A program made the translations under genes and the position numbers. Source: a virus (Duplodnaviria > Caudoviricetes). From it: 34,730 nt of DNA. The stretch is taken from IMG/VR virus record IMGVR_UViG_3300046779_000101, positions 1 through 34,730 of that record; one strand, 5' to 3'. Positions 34,225-34,730 of this stretch are shown here, one piece after another (the first letter of the stretch is position 1; every line of letters starts with the position of its first letter). Under the pieces are notes generated by a model that was given only the letters and a program-made list of their open reading frames with translations, made no database searches and was not told the DNA's origin.

Positions 34225-34367
34225 AAAAGCTAATCTGTATCATTTTTGCAACATTGTCATTTTCTGCCTTGGCGCAGACCACAACACACACTTACTGGAT
34301 TAATGGCCGAGCTGTGACCTGCACAACAACTTGTTTCGGTCAATCCTGCTCTACGAACTGCTTCTGA
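34221..34367 (+). CDS. secreted Cys-rich peptide, 48 aa
   Basis: MKKLICIIFATLSFSALA signal peptide, then QTTTHTYWINGRAVTCTTTCFGQSCSTNCF; coupled to cro and mazG. Confidence 0.7.
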   Translation: MKKLICIIFATLSFSALAQTTTHTYWINGRAVTCTTTCFGQSCSTNCF

Positions 34368-34672
34368 TGAGTTACGCCGACATTGAAATGAAGATCATCC
34401 AATGGGGTGAAGCGCGTGGGATTGTGCAAAACAGTAACCCAATGGCTCAAGCGCAAAAAACCCAAGAGGAATTGGATGAACTTATCACCGCCATACATGA
34501 AGATGACAGAGAAGCCATGAAAGACGCTTATGGCGACATTCTGGTGACTTTAATCATGGGTTGTGCTTGTGCTGACCTAGACCTAGTTGAGTGTCTTGCT
34601 GGCGTTTACAACGAGATCAAAGACCGCAAGGGTTATCTGAACGCTGACGGCATTTTTGTAAAGGAAAAATGA
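34367..34672 (+). CDS. mazG: MazG-like nucleotide pyrophosphohydrolase
   Basis: KTQEELDEL...DAYGDILVTL...YNEIKDRKG; start ATG 34367. Confidence 0.85.
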   Translation: MSYADIEMKIIQWGEARGIVQNSNPMAQAQKTQEELDELITAIHEDDREAMKDAYGDILVTLIMGCACADLDLVECLAGVYNEIKDRKGYLNADGIFVKEK

Positions 34673-34730
34673 TGTTCCCGCTTATTGGATTTCTCTGCGT
34701 TGTTGCGTGGTTGACACACATCTTTACCTG
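34617..34730. repeat. 114-bp direct terminal repeat, copy 2
   Basis: Identical to 4-117. Confidence 0.95.

Noticed and set aside
33939-34291. Minus-strand ORFs as a candidate cI repressor
   Set aside because: No HTH or S24 motifs; they are antisense to cro and span the promoters

Overview
The window is an apparently complete, circularly permuted genome (~34,613 bp unique) of a P22-like podovirus; bases 4-117 are repeated exactly at 34617-34730. The host is probably a freshwater Betaproteobacterium (inferred from gene families, not shown by the sequence). The layout is lambdoid. A divergent control region (~33925-34057) carries two CTAC-N4-GTAG operators. It drives a leftward early operon (ERF, YqaJ exonuclease, small SSB-like protein, HTH) and a rightward operon (Cro-like, secreted Cys-rich peptide, MazG-like, replication initiator with internal iterons, RusA, a DPPY methyltransferase, a QueD-like plus TGT/DpdA-like pair, an HNH-like protein). 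The late region holds GroES, an ART-like protein, terS/terL, P22-type portal/scaffold/coat, a glycosyltransferase, tail fibres, gp4/gp10-like tail proteins, three ejection proteins and a holin/GH19 lysis cassette. I recognised no cI or integrase. Best candidate for an undescribed system: a minimal base-exchange DNA-modification cassette, with a DpdA/TGT-fold transglycosylase coupled to a QueD paralogue lacking the catalytic Cys, no recognisable folE/queE/queC, and an amino-methyltransferase nearby. There are also at least three structured intergenic RNA candidates. All product calls come from motif recognition by eye; no searches were run.
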